Assembly (NCBI GenBank): GCA_964016885.1
Contig: OZ024743.1
Coordinates: 48,856,001 to 48,920,000, forward strand
Direction of reading: 5' to 3'
Length of the DNA stretch: 64,000 nt
Source: Eledone cirrhosa
Lineage: Eukaryota
Under the pieces are notes generated by a model. The model was not told the DNA's origin. It did no database searches and saw only the letters and a program-made list of their open reading frames with translations. Shown in pieces: positions 1-15,000 of the stretch (positions are counted from its first letter, which is position 1; every line of letters begins with the position of its first letter). The translations under genes and the position numbers were made by a program.

Positions 1-1399
1 CTAAGACAACAGTAGTTCTGTGTGTTGTGTTCAACATGGCATTGTCCCCCAACTAAGACAACAGTAGTTCTGTGTGTTGTGTTCAACATGGCATTGTCCC
101 CCAACTAAGACAACAGTAGCTGTGTGTCTTGTGTTCAACATGGCATTGTCCCCCAACTAAGACAACAGTAGTTCTGTGTGTTGTGTTAAACATGGCATTG
201 TCCCCCAACTAAGACAACAGTAGTTCTGTGTGTTGTGTTCAATATGGCATCGTCCCCCAACTAAGACAACAGTAGCTCTGTGTGTTGTGTTCAACATGGC
301 ATTGTCCCCCAACTAAGACAACAGTAGTTCTGTGTGTTGTGTTCAACATGGCATTGTCCCCCAACTAAGACAACAGTAGTTCTATGTGTTGTGTTCACAC
401 ATGGCATTGTCCCCCAACTAAGACAACAGTAACTCTGTGTATTGTGTTCAACATGGCATTGTCCCCCAACTAAGACAACAGTAGTTCTGTGTGTTGTGTT
501 GAACATGGCATTGTCGACCAACTAAGACAACAGTAGTTCTGTGTGTTGTGTTCAACATGGCATTGTCCCCCAACTAAGACAACAGTAGTTCTATGTGTTA
601 TGTTCAACATGGCATTGTCCCTAATTAAGACAACAGTAGTTCTGTGTGTTGTGTTCAACATGGCATCGTCCCCAACTAAGACAACAGTAGCTCTGTGTGT
701 TGTGTTCAACATGGCATTGTCCCCCAACTAAGACAACAGTAGCTCTGTGTGTTGTGTTGAACATGACATTGTCCCCAACTAAGACAACAGTAGCTCTGTG
801 TGTTGTGTTCAACATGGCATTGTCCCCAACTAAGACAACAGTAGTTCTGTGTGTTGTGTTCAACATGGCATTGTCCACCAACTAAGACAACAGTAGTTCT
901 GTGTGTTGTGTTCAACATGGCATTGTCCCCCAACTAAGACAACAGTAGTTCTGTGTGTTGTGTTCAACATGGCATTGTCCCCCAACTAAGACAACAGTAG
1001 CTCTGTGTGTTGTGTTCAACATGGCATTGTCCCCAAATAAGACAACAGTAGCTCTGTGTGTTGTGTTCAACATGGCATTGTCCCCAACTAAGACAACAGT
1101 AGTTCTATGTGTTGTGTTCTACATGGCATTGTCCCCCAACTAAGACAACAGTAGCTCTGTGTGTTGTGTTCAACATGGCATTGTCCCCAACTAAGACAAC
1201 AGTAGTTCTATATGTTGTGTTCAACATGACATTGTCCCCAACTAAGACAACAGTAGCTCTGTGTGTTGTGTTCTACATGGCATTGTCCCCCAACTAAGAC
1301 AGCAGTAGCTCTGTCTGTTGTGTTCAACATGGCATTGTCCCCAACTAAGACAACAGTAGTTCAATGTGTTGTGTTCAACATGGCATTGTCCCCAACTAA

Positions 1400-4300
1400 G
1401 ACAACAGTAGCTCTGTGTGTTGTGTTCAACATGGCATTGTCCCCCAACTAAGACAACAGTAGCTCTGTGTGTTGTGTTCAACATGGCATTGTCCCCAACT
1501 AAGACAACAGTAGTTCTGTGTGTTGTGTTCAACATGGCATTGTCCCCCAACCAAGACAACAGTAGATCTGTGTGTTGTGTTCAACATGGCATTGTCCCCC
1601 AACTAAGACAACAGTAGTTCTGTGTGTTGTGTTCAACATGGCATTGTCCCCCAACTAAGACAACAGTAGTTCTGTGTGTTGTGTTCAACATGGCATTGTC
1701 ACCAAACTAAGACAACAGTAGCTCTGTGTGTTGTGTTCAACATGGCATTGTCCCCCAACTAAGACAACAGTAGTTCTATGTGTTGTGTTCAACATGGCAT
1801 TGTGTCCCAACTAAGACAACAGTAGTTCTGTGTGTTGTGTTCAACATGGCATTGTCCCCCAACTAAGACAACAGTAGTTCTGTGTGTTGTGTTCAACATG
1901 TCATTGTCCCCCAACTAAGACAACAGTAGTTCTGTGTGTTGTGTTCAACATGGCATTGTCCCCCAACTAAGACAACAGTAGTTCTGTGTGTTGTGTTCAA
2001 CATGGCATTGTCCCCCAACTAAGACAACAGTAGTTCTGTGTGTTGTGTTCAACATGGCATTGTCCCCCAACTAAGACAACAGTAGTTCTGTGTGTTGTGT
2101 TCAACATGGCATTGTCCCCCAACTAAGACAACAGTAGTTCTGTGTGTTGTGTTCAACATGGCATTCTCCCCCGACTAAGACAACAGTAGCTCTGTATGTT
2201 GTGTTCAACATGGTATTGTCCCCAACTAAGACAACAGTAGCTCTGTGTGTTGTGTTCAACATGGCATTGTCCCCCAACTAAGACAACAGTAGTTCTATGT
2301 GTTGTGTTCAACATGGTATTGTCCCCCAACTAAGACAACAGTAGTTCTATGTGTTATGTTCAACATGGCATTGTCCCCAACTAAGACAACAGTAGCTCTG
2401 TGTGTTGTGTTCAACATGGCATTGACCCCCAACTAAGACAACAGTAGTTCTGTGTGTTGTGTTCAACATGGCATTGTCCCCCAACTAAGACAACAGTAGT
2501 TCTGTGTGTTGTGTTCAACATGGCATTCTCCCCCGACTAAGACAACAGTAGCTCTGTATGTTGTGTTCAACATGGTATTGTCCCCAACTAAGACAACAGT
2601 AGCTCTGTGTGTTGTGTTCAACATGGCATTGTCCCCCAACTAAGACAACAGTAGTTCTATGTGTTGTGTTCAACATGGTATTGTCCCCCAACTAAGACAA
2701 CAGTAGTTCTATGTGTTATGTTCAACATGGCATTGTCCCCAACTAAGACAACAGTAGTTCTGTGTGTTGTGTTCAACATGGCATTGTCCCCAACTAAAAC
2801 AACAGTAGCTCTGTGTGTTGTGTTCAACATGGCATTGTCCCACAACTAAGACAACAGTAGCTCTGTGTGTTGTGTTCAACATGGCATTGTCCCACAACTA
2901 AGACAACAGTAGCTCTGTGTGTTGTGTTCAACATGGCATTGTCCCCCAACTAAGACGACAGTAGCTCTGTGTGTTGTGTTCAACATGGCATTGTCCCCCA
3001 ACTAAGACAACAGTAGCTCTGTGTATTGTTTTCAACATGGCATTGTCCCACAACTAAGACAACAGTAGTTCTGTGTGTTGTGTTCAACATGGCATTGTCA
3101 CCCAACTAAGACAACAGTAGTTCTGTGTGTTGTATTCAACATGGCATTGAGCCCCAACTACGACAACAGTAGCTCTGTGTGTTGTGTCCAACATGGCATA
3201 GTCCCACAACTAAGACAACAGTAGCTCTGTGTGTTGTGTTCAACATGGCATTGTCCCCCAAATTAGACAACAGTAATTCTGTGTGTTGTGTTGAACATGG
3301 CATTGTCCCCAACTAAGACAACAGTAGCTCTGTGTGTTGTGTTCAACATGGCATTGTCCCCCATCTAAGACAACTATAGTTCTGTGTGTTGTGTTCAACA
3401 TGGCATTGTCCCCTAACTAAGACAACAGTAGTTCTATGTGTTGTGTTCAACATGGTATTGTCCCCCAACGAAGACAACAATAGTTCTGTGTGTTGTGTTC
3501 AACATGGCATTGTCCCCCAACTAAGACAACAGTAGTTCTGTGTGTTGTGTTCAACATGGCATTGTCCCCCAACTAAGACAACAGTAGTTCTATGTGTTAT
3601 GTTCAACATGGCATTGTCCCCAACTAAGACAACAGTAGTTCTATGTGTTGTGTTCAACATGGCATTGTCCCACATCTAAGACAACAGTAGTTCTAAGTGT
3701 TGTGTTCAACATGGCATTGTCCCCAACTAAGACAACAGTAGTTCTATGTGTTGTGTTCAACATGGCATTGTCCCACAACTAAGACAACAGTAGCTCTGTG
3801 TGTTGCGTTCAACATGGCATTGTCCCCCAACTAAGACAACAGTAGTTCTATGTGTTGTGTTCAACATGGCATTGTCCCCCAACTAAGACAACAGTAGCTC
3901 TGTGTGTTGTGTTCAACATGGCATTGTCCCCCAACTAAGACATCAGTAGTTCTATGTGTTGTGTTCAACATGGCATTGTCCCCAACTAAGACAACGGTAG
4001 TTCTATGTGTTGTGTTCAACATGGCATTGTCCCCCAACTAAGACAACAGTAGTTCTGTGTGTTTTGTTCATCATGGCATTGTCCCCCAACTAATACAACA
4101 GTAGCTCTGTGTGTTGTGTTGAACATGGCATTGCCCCAACTAAGACAACAGTAGTTCTGTGTGTTGTGTTGAACATGGCATTGTCCCCCAACTAAGACAA
4201 CAGTAGCTCTGTGTGTTGTGTTCAACATGGCATTGTCCCCCAACTAAAACAACAGCAGCTCTGTGTGTTGTGTTCAACATAGCATTGTCCCCCAACTAAG

Positions 4301-7300
4301 ACAACATTAGTTCTGTGTGTTGTGTTCAATATGGCATTGTCCCCCAACTAACACAACAGTAGCTCTGTGTGTTGTGTTCAACATGGCATTGACCCCCAAC
4401 TAAGACAACAGTAGTTCTGTGTGTTGTGTTCAACATGGCATTGTGCCCCAACTAAGACAACAGTAGTTCTGTGTGTTGTGTTCAACATGGCATTGTCCCC
4501 CAACTAAGACAACAGTAGCTGTGTGTCTTGTGTTCAACATGGCATTGTCCCCCAACTAAGACAACAGTAGTTCTGTGTGTTGTGTTAAACATGGCATTGT
4601 CCCCCAACTAAGACAACAGTAGTTCTGTGTGTTGTGTTCAATATGGCATTGGCCCCCAACTAAGACAACAGTCGCTCTGTGTGTTGTGTTCAACATGGCA
4701 TTGTCCCCAAACTAAGACAACAGTAGTTCTGTGTGTTGTGTTCAACATGGCATTGTCCCCCAACTAAGACAACAGTAGTTCTATGTGTTGTGTTCAACAT
4801 GGCATTGTCCCCCAACTAAGACAACAGTAGCTCTGTGTATTGTGTTCAACATGGCATTGTCCCCCAACTAAGACAACAGTCGCTCTGTGTGTTGTGTTCA
4901 ACATTGCATTGTCCCCAAACTAAGACAACAGTAGTTCTGTGTATTGTGTTGAACATGGCATTGTCCACCAACTAAGACAACAGTAGTTCTGTGTGTTGTG
5001 TTCAACATGGCAATGTCCCCCAACTAAGACAACAGTAGTTCTATGTGTTATGTTCAACATGGCATTGTCCCCAATTAAGACAACAGTAGTTCTGTGTGTT
5101 GTGTTCAACATGGCATTGTCCCCAACTAAGACAACAGTAGCTCTGTGTGTTGTGTTCAACATGGCATTGTCCCCCAACTAAGACAACAGTAGCTCTGTGT
5201 GTTGTGTTCAACATGGCATTGTCCCCCAACTAAGACAACAGTAGTTCTGTGTGTTGTGTTCAACATGGCATTGTCCCCAACTAAGACAACAGTAGCTCTG
5301 TGTGTTGTGTTCAACATGGCATTGTCCCCCAACTAAGACAACAGTAGCTCTGTGTGTTGTGTTCAACATGGCATTGTCCCCAACTAAGACAACAGTAGTT
5401 CTGTGTGTTGTGTTCAACATGGCATTGTCCCCCAACTAAGACAACAGTAGATCTGTGTGTTGTGTTCAACATGGCATTGTCCCCCAACTAAGACAACAGT
5501 AGTTCTGTGTGTTGTGTTCAACATGGCATTGTCCCCCAACTAAGACAACAGTAGTTCTGTGTGTTGTGTTCAACATGGCATTGTCACCAAACTAAGACAA
5601 CAGTAGCTCTGTGTGTTGTGTTCAACATGGCATTGTCCCCCAACTAAGACAACAGTAGTTCTATGTGTTGTGTTCAACATGGCATTGTGTCCCAACTAAG
5701 ACAACAGTAGTTCTGTGTGTTGTGTTCAACATGGCATTGTCCCCCAACTAAGACAACAGTAGTTCTGTGTGTTGTGTTCAACATGTCATTGTCCCCCAAC
5801 TAAGACAACAGTAGTTCTGTGTGTTGTGTTCAACATGGCATTGTCCCCCAACTAAGACAACAGTAGTTCTGTGTGTTGTGTTCAACATGGCATTGTCCCC
5901 CAACTAAGACAACAGTAGTTCTGTGTGTTGTGTTCAACATGGCATTGTCCCCCAACTAAGACAACAGTAGTTCTGTGTGTTGTGTTCAACATGGCATTCT
6001 CCCCCGACTAAGACAACAGTAGCTCTGTATGTTGTGTTCAACATGGTATTGTCCCCAACTAAGACAACAGTAGCTCTGTGTGTTGTGTTCAACATGGCAT
6101 TGTCCCCCAACTAAGACAACAGTAGTTCTATGTGTTGTGTTCAACATGGTATTGTCCCCCAACTAAGACAACAGTAGTTCTATGTGTTATGTTCAACATG
6201 GCATTGTCCCCAACTAAGACAACAGTAGCTCTGTGTGTTGTGTTCAACATGGCATTGACCCCCAACTAAGACAACAGTAGTTCTGTGTGTTGTGTTCAAC
6301 ATGGCATTGTCCCCCAACTAAGACAACAGTAGTTCTGTGTGTTGTGTTCAACATGGCATTCTCCCCCGACTAAGACAACAGTAGCTCTGTATGTTGTGTT
6401 CAACATGGTATTGTCCCCAACTAAGACAACAGTAGCTCTGTGTGTTGTGTTCAACATGGCATTGTCCCCCAACTAAGACAACAGTAGTTCTATGTGTTGT
6501 GTTCAACATGGTATTGTCCCCCAACTAAGACAACAGTAGTTCTATGTGTTATGTTCAACATGGCATTGTCCCCAACTAAGACAACAGTAGTTCTGTGTGT
6601 TGTGTTCAACATGGCATTGTCCCCAACTAAAACAACAGTAGCTCTGTGTGTTGTGTTCAACATGGCATTGTCCCACAACTAAGACAACAGTAGCTCTGTG
6701 TGTTGTGTTCAACATGGCATTGTCCCACAACTAAGACAACAGTAGCTCTGTGTGTTGTGTTCAACATGGCATTGTCCCCCAACTAAGACGACAGTAGCTC
6801 TGTGTGTTGTGTTCAACATGGCATTGTCCCCCAACTAAGACAACAGTAGCTCTGTGTATTGTTTTCAACATGGCATTGTCCCACAACTAAGACAACAGTA
6901 GTTCTGTGTGTTGTGTTCAACATGGCATTGTCACCCAACTAAGACAACAGTAGTTCTGTGTGTTGTATTCAACATGGCATTGAGCCCCAACTACGACAAC
7001 AGTAGCTCTGTGTGTTGTGTCCAACATGGCATAGTCCCACAACTAAGACAACAGTAGCTCTATGTGTTGTGTTCAACATGGCATTGTCCCCCAAATTAGA
7101 CAACAGTAATTCTGTGTGTTGTGTTGAACATGGCATTGTCCCCAACTAAGACAACAGTAGCTCTGTGTGTTGTGTTCAACATGGCATTGTCCCCCATCTA
7201 AGACAACTATAGTTCTGTGTGTTGTGTTCAACATGGCATTGTCCCCTAACTAAGACAACAGTAGTTCTATGTGTTGTGTTCAACATGGCATTGTCCCCCA

Positions 7301-9030
7301 ACGAAGACAACAATAGTTCTGTGTGTTGTGTTCAACATGGCATTGTCCCCCAACTAAGACAACAGTAGTTCTGTGTGTTGTGTTCAACATGGCATTGTCC
7401 CCCAACTAAGACAACAGTAGTTCTATGTGTTATGTTCAACATGGCATTGTCCCCAACTAAGACAACAGTAGTTCTATGTGTTGTGTTCAACATGGCATTG
7501 TCCCACATCTAAGACAACAGTAGTTCTAAGTGTTGTGTTCAACATGGCATTGTCCCCAACTAAGACAACAGTAGTTCTATGTGTTGTGTTCAACATGGCA
7601 TTGTCCCACAACTAAGACAACAGTAGCTCTGTGTGTTGCGTTCAACATGGCATTGTCCCCCAACTAAGACAACAGTAGTTCTATGTGTTGTGTTCAACAT
7701 GGCATTGTCCCCCAACTAAGACAACAGTAGCTCTGTGTGTTGTGTTCAACATGGCATTGTCCCCCAACTAAGACATCAGTAATTCTATGTGTTGTGTTCA
7801 ACATGGCATTGTCCCCAACTAAGACAACGGTAGTTCTATGTGTTGTGTTCAACATGGCATTGTCCCCCAACTAAGACAACAGTAGTTCTGTGTGTTTTGT
7901 TCATCATGGCATTGTCCCCCAACTAATACAACAGTAGCTCTGTGTGTTGTGTTGAACATGGCATTGCCCCAACTAAGACAACAGTAGTTCTGTGTGTTGT
8001 GTTGAACATGGCATTGTCCCCCAACTAAGACAACAGTAGCTCTGTGTGTTGTGTTCAACATGGCATTGTCCCCCAACTAAAACAACAGCAGCTCTGTGTG
8101 TTGTGTTCAACATAGCATTGTCCCCCAACTAAGACAACATTAGTTCTGTGTGTTGTGTTCAATATGGCATTGTCCCCCAACTAACACAACAGTAGCTCTG
8201 TGTGTTGTGTTCAACATGGCATTGACCCCCAACTAAGACAACAGTAGTTCTGTGTGTTGTGTTCAACATGGCATTGTGCCCCAACTAAGACAACAGTAGT
8301 TCTGTGTGTTGTGTTCAACATGGCATTGTCCCCCAACTAAGACAACAGTAGCTGTGTGTCTTGTGTTCAACATGGCATTGTCCCCCAACTAAGACAACAG
8401 TAGTTCTGTGTGTTGTGTTAAACATGGCATTGTCCCCCAACTAAGACAACAGTAGTTCTGTGTGTTGTGTTCAATATGGCATTGGCCCCCAACTAAGACA
8501 ACAGTCGCTCTGTGTGTTGTGTTCAACATGGCATTGTCCCCAAACTAAGACAACAGTAGTTCTGTGTGTTGTGTTCAACATGGCATTGTCCCCCAACTAA
8601 GACAACAGTAGTTCTATGTGTTGTGTTCAACATGGCATTGTCCCCCAACTAAGACAACAGTAGCTCTGTGTATTGTGTTCAACATGGCATTGTCCCCCAA
8701 CTAAGACAACAGTCGCTCTGTGTGTTGTGTTCAACATTGCATTGTCCCCAAACTAAGACAACAGTAGTTCTGTGTATTGTGTTGAACATGGCATTGTCCA
8801 CCAACTAAGACAACAGTAGTTCTGTGTGTTGTGTTCAACATGGCAATGTCCCCCAACTAAGACAACAGTAGTTCTATGTGTTATGTTCAACATGGCATTG
8901 TCCCCAATTAAGACAACAGTAGTTCTGTGTGTTGTGTTCAACATGGCATTGTCCCCAACTAAGACAACAGTAGCTCTGTGTGTTGTGTTCAACATGGCAT
9001 TGTCCCCCAACTAAGACAACAGTAGCTCTG
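1400..9030. repeat. Tandem higher-order duplication, period 3833 bp (about 74 monomers): about 1400-5230 and 5230-9030
   Basis: Rare variants and ORF-track entries recur at +3833 (2657/6490, 4016/7849, 4920/8753; TTGAGCCCCAACTACGAC at about 3147 and 6980). The offset is 3885 at the left end (AGATCT 1564/5449), meaning copy 1 has one extra monomer. Confidence 0.9.
2110..2800. repeat. Local 362-bp (7-monomer) tandem duplication; also present at about 5940-6630
   Basis: The rare variant GCATTCTCCCCCGAC occurs at 2161 and 2523, each followed by the same TGTATG/GGTATT/TTATG monomers. The same pair occurs at 5994 and 6356. Confidence 0.85.
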
Positions 9031-12000
9031 TGTGTTGTGTTGAACATGACATTGTCCCCAACTAAGACAACAGTAGCTCTGTGTGTTGTGTTGAACATGG
9101 CATTGTCCCCCAACTAAGACAACATTAGTTCTGTGTGTTGTGTTCAACATGGCATTGTCCCCCAACTCAGACAACAGTAACTCTGTGTCTTTTGTTCAAC
9201 ATGGCATTGTCCCCCAACTAAGACAACAGTAGTTCAATGTGTTGTGTTCAACATGGCATTGTCCCCCAACTAAGACAACAGTAGTTCTGTGTGTTGTGTT
9301 CAACATGGCATTGTCCACCAACTAAGACAACAGTAGTTCTGTGTGTTGTGTTCAACATGGCATTGTCCCCCAACTAAGACAACAGTAGTTCTGTGTGTTG
9401 TGTTCAACATGGCATTGTCCCCCAACTAAGACAACAGTAGCTCTGTGTGTTGTGTTCAACATGGCATTGTCCCCAACTAAGACAACAGTAGCTCTGTGTG
9501 TTGTGTTCAACATGGCATTGTCCCCAACTAAGACAACAGTAGTTCTGTGTGATATGTTCTACATGGCATGGTCCCCCAACTAAGACAACAGTAGCTCTGT
9601 GTGTTGTGTTCAACATGGCATTGTCCCCAACTAAGACAACAGTAGTTCTATATGTTGTGTTCAACATGACATTGTCCCCAACTAAGACAACAGTAGCTCT
9701 GTGTGTTGTGTTCAACATGGCATTGTCCCCCAACTAAGACAACAGTAGCTCTGTGTGTTGTGTTCAACATGGCATTGTCCCCAACTAAGACAACAGTAGC
9801 TCTGTGTGTTGTGTTCAACATGGCATTGACCCCCAACTAAGACAACAGTAGTTCTGTGTGTTGTGTTCCACATGGCATTGTCCCCAACTAAGACAACAGT
9901 AGCTCTGTCTGTTGTGTTCAACATGGCATTGTCCCCAACTAAGACAACAGTAGTTCTATGTGTTGTGTTCAACATGGCATTGTCCCCACCTAAGACAACA
10001 GTAGCTCTGTGTGTTGTGTTCAACATGGCATTGTCCCCCAACTAAGACAACAGTAGCTCTCTGTGTTGTGTTCAACATGGCATTGTCCCCAACTAAGACA
10101 ACAGTAGTTCTGTGTGTTGTGTTCAACATGGCATTGTCCCCCAACTAAGACAACAGTAGATCTGTGTGTTGTGTTCAACATGGCATTGTCCCCCAACTAA
10201 GACAACAGTAGTTCTGTGTGTTGTGTTCAACATGGCATTGTCCCCCAACTAAGACAACAGTAGTTCTGTGTGTTGTGTTCAACATGGCATTGTCACCAAA
10301 CTAAGACAACAGTAGCTCTGTGTGTTGTGTTCAACATGTCATTGTCCCCCAACTAAGACAACAGAAGTTCTGTGTGTTGTGTTCAACATGGCATTGTCCC
10401 CCAACTAAGACAACAGTAGTTCTGTGTGTTGTGTTCAACATGGCATTGTCCCCCAACTAAGACAACAGTAGTTCTGTGTGTTGTGTTCAACATGGCATTG
10501 TCCCCCAACTAAGACAACAGTAGTTCTGTGTGTTGTGTTCAACATGGCATTGTCCCCCAACTAAGACAACAGTAGTTCTGTGTGTTGTGTTCAACATGGT
10601 ATTGTCCCCAACTAAGACAACAGTAGCTCTGTGTGTTGTGTTCAACATGGCATTGTCCCCCAACTAAGACAACAGTAGTTCTATGTGTTGTGTTCAACAT
10701 GGTATTGTCCCCCAACTAAGACAACAGTAGTTCTATGTGTTATGTTCAACATGGCAATGTCCCCAACTAAGACAACAGTAGTTCTGTGTGTTGTGTTCAA
10801 CATGGCATTGCCCCAACTAAAACAACAGTAGCTCTGTGTGTTGTGTTCAACATGGCATTGTCCCCCAACTAAGACAACAGTAGTTCTATGTGTTGTGTTC
10901 AACATGGCATTGTCCCCAACTAAAACAACAGTAGCTCTGTGTGTTGTGTTCAACATGGCATTGTCCCACAACTAAGACAACAGTAGCTCTGTGTGTTGTG
11001 TTCAACATGGCATTGTCCCACAATTAATACAACAGTAGCTCTGTGTCGTGTTCAACATGGCATTGTCCCCCAACTAAGACAACAGTAGCTCTGTGTGTTG
11101 TGTTCAACATGGCATTGTCCCCCAACTAAGACGACAGTAGCTCTGTGTGTTGTGTTCAACATGGCATTGTCCCCCAACTAAGACAACAGTAGCTCTGTGT
11201 ATTGTTTTCAACATGGCATTGTCCCCCAACTAAGACAACAGTAGTTCTGTGTGTTGTGTTCAACATGGCATTGTCACCCAACTAAGACAACAGTAGTTCT
11301 GTGTGTTGTATTCAACATGGCATTGTGCCCCAACTAAGACAACAGTAGCTCTGTGTGTTGTGTCCAACATGGCATAGTCCCACAACAAAGACAACAGTAG
11401 CTCTGTGTGTTGTGTTCAACATGGCATTGTCCCCCAAATTAGACAACAGTAGTTCTGTGTGTTGTGTTGAACATGGCATTGTCCCCAACTAAGACAACAG
11501 TGGCTCTGTGTGTTGTGTTCAACATGGCATTGTCCCCCAACTAAGACAACTATAGTTCTGTGTGTTGTGTTCAACATGGCATTGTCCCCTAACTAAGACA
11601 ACAGTAGTTCTATGTGTTGTGTTCAACATGGCATTGTCCCCCAACGAAGACAACAATAGTTCTGTGTGTTGTGTTCAACATGGCATTGTCCCCCAACTAA
11701 GACAACAGTAGTTCTATGTGTTATGTTCAACATGGCATTGTCCCCAACTAAGACAACAGTAGTTCTATGTGTTGTGTTCAACATGGCATTGTCCCACATC
11801 TAAGACAACAGTAGTTCTAAGTGTTGTGTTCAACATGGCATTGTCCCCAACTAAGACAACAGTAGTTCTGTGTGTTGTGTTCAACATGGCATTGTCCGCC
11901 AACTAAGACAACAGTAGTTCTATGTGTTGTGTTCAACATGGCATTGTCCCCAATTAAGACAACAGTAGTTCTATGTGTTGTGTTCAACATGGCATTGTCC

Positions 12001-15000
12001 CACAACTAAGACAACAGTAGCTCTGTGTGTTGTGTTCAACATAGCATTGTCCCCCAACTAAGACAACAGTAGTTCTATGTTTTGTGTTCAACATGGCATT
12101 GTCCCCCAACTAAGACAACAGTAGCTCTGTGTGTTGTGTTCAACATGGCATTGTCCCCCAACTAAGACAACAGTAGTTCTATGTGTTGTGTTCAACATGG
12201 CATTGTCCCCAACTAAGACAACAGTAGTTCTATGTGTTGTGTTCAACATGGCATTGTCCCCAACTAAGACAACAGTAGTTGTATGTGTTGTGTTCAACAT
12301 GGCATTGTCCCACAACTAAGACAACAGTAGTTCTGTGTGTTTTGTTCAACATGGCATTGTCCCCCAACTAAGACAACAGTAGCTCTGTGTGTTGTGTTCA
12401 ACATGGCATTGTCCCCAACTAAGACAACAGTAGTTCTGTGTGTTGTGTTCAACATGGCATTGTCCCCCAACTAAGAAAACAGTAGATCTGTGTGTTGTGT
12501 TCAACATGGCATTGTCCCCCAACTAAGACAACAGTAGTTCTGTGTGTTGTGTTCAACATGGCATTGTCCCCCAACTAAGACAACAGTAGTTCTGTGTGTT
12601 GTGTTCAACATGGCATTGTCACCAAACTAAGACAACAGTAGCTCTGTGTGTTGTGTTCAACATGGCATTGTCCCCCAACTAAGACAACAGTAGTTCTATG
12701 TGTTGTGTTCAACATGGCATTGTCCCCCAACTAAGACAACAGTAGTTCTGTGTGTTGTGTTCAACATGGCATTGTCCCCCAACTAAGACAACAGTAGTTC
12801 TGTGTGTTGTGTTCAACATGGCATTGTCCCACAACTAAGACAACAGTAGTTCTGTGTGTTGTGTTCAACATGGCATTGTCCCCAACTTAAACAACAGTAG
12901 CTCTGTGTGTTGTGTTCAACATGGCATTGTCCCACAACTAAGACAACAGTAGCTCTGTGTGTTGTGTTCAACATGGCATTGTCCCACAACTAAGACAACA
13001 GTAGCTCTGTGTCGTGTTCAACATGGCATTGTCCCCCAACTAAGACAACAGTAGCTCTGTGTGTTGTGTTCAACATGGCATTGTCCCCCAACTAAGACGA
13101 CAGTAGCTTTGTGTGTTGTGTTCAACATGGCATTGTCCCCCAACTAAGACAACAGTAGCTCTGTGTATTGTTTTCAACATGGCATTGTCCCCCAACTAAG
13201 ACAACAGTAGTTCTGTGTGTTGTGTTCAACATGGCATTGTCACCCAACTAAGACAACAGTAGTTCTGTGTGTTGTATTCAACATGGCATTGTGCCCCAAC
13301 TAAGACAACAGTAGCTCTGTGTGTTGTGTCCAACATGACATAGTCCCACAACTAAGACAACAGTAGCTCTGTGTGTTGTGTTCAACATGGCATTGTCCCC
13401 CAAATTAGACAACAGTAGTTCTGTGTGTTGTGTTGAACATGGCATTGTCCCCAACTAAGACAACAGTAGCTCTGTGTGTTGTGTTCAACATGGCATTGTC
13501 CCCCAACTAAGACAACTATAGTTCTGTGTGTTGTGTTCAACATGGCATTGTCCCCTAACTAAGACAACAGTAGTTCTATGTGTTGTGTTCAACATGGCAT
13601 TGTCCCCCAACGAAGACAACAATAGTTCTGTGTGTTGTGTTCAACATGACATTGTCCCCCAACTAAGACAACAGTAGTTCTGTGTGTTGTGTTCAACATG
13701 GCATTGTCCCCCAACTAAGACAACAGTAGTTCTATGTGTTATGTTCAACATGGCATTGTCCCCAACTAAGACAACAGTAGTTCTATGTGTTGTGTTCAAC
13801 ATGGCATTGTCCCACATCTAAGACAACAGTAGTTCTAAGAGTTGTGTTCAACATGGCATTGTCCCCAACTAAGACAACAGTAGTTCTATGTGTTGTGTTC
13901 AACATGGCATTATCCCCCAAATAAGACAAGAGTAGTTCTGTGTGTTGTGTTCAACATGGCATTGTCCCCAACTAAGACAACAGTAGTTCTATGTGTTGTG
14001 TTCAACATGGCATTGTCCCACAACTAAGACAACAGTAGCTCTGTGTGTTGCGTTCAACATGGCATTGTCCCCCAACTAAGACAACAGTAGTTCTATGTGT
14101 TGTGTTCAACATGGCATTGTCCCCCAACTAAGACAACAGTAGCTCTGTGTGTTGTGTTCAACATGGCATTGTCCCCCAACTAAGACATCAGTAATTCTAT
14201 GTGTTGTGTTCAACATGGCATTGTCCCCAACTAAGACAACGGTAGTTCTATGTGTTGTGTTCAACATGGCATTGTCCCCCAACTAAGACAACAGTAGTTC
14301 TGTGTGTTTTGTTCATCATGGCATTGTCCCCCAACTAATACAACAGTAGCTCTGTGTGTTGTGTTGAACATGGCATTGCCCCAACTAAGACAACAGTAGT
14401 TCTGTGTGTTGTGTTGAACATGGCATTGTCCCCCAACTAAGACAACAGTAGCTCTGTGTGTTGTGTTCAACATGGCATTGTCCCCCAACTAAAACAACAG
14501 CAGCTCTGTGTGTTGTGTTCAACATAGCATTGTCCCCCAACTAAGACAACATTAGTTCTGTGTGTTGTGTTCAATATGGCATTGTCCCCCAACTAACACA
14601 ACAGTAGCTCTGTGTGTTGTGTTCAACATGGCATTGACCCCCAACTAAGACAACAGTAGTTCTGTGTGTTGTGTTCAACATGGCATTGTGCCCCAACTAA
14701 GACAACAGTAGTTCTGTGTGTTGTGTTCAACATGGCATTGTCCCCCAACTAAGACAACAGTAGCTGTGTGTCTTGTGTTCAACATGGCATTGTCCCCCAA
14801 CTAAGACAACAGTAGTTCTGTGTGTTGTGTTAAACATGGCATTGTCCCCCAACTAAGACAACAGTAGTTCTGTGTGTTGTGTTCAATATGGCATTGGCCC
14901 CCAACTAAGACAACAGTCGCTCTGTGTGTTGTGTTCAACATGGCATTGTCCCCAAACTAAGACAACAGTAGTTCTGTGTGTTGTGTTCAACATGGCATTG

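Noticed and set aside
29-45. p53-, RFX- or steroid-receptor-like sites (AACATGGCA; ACAACAGTAGTTCT)
   Set aside because: Only partial half-site matches, with wrong flanks or spacing.
1-104. RAG recombination-signal-like motif on the minus strand: CACAGA(A/G) + 21-23 nt + ACAATGCCA
   Set aside because: The heptamer matches CACAGTG at 5-6 of 7 positions, but the nonamer matches ACAAAAACC at only 5 of 9 and lacks the critical central A-tract. The usual spacer is 22 nt, and there are no gene segments or transposase. Probably chance.
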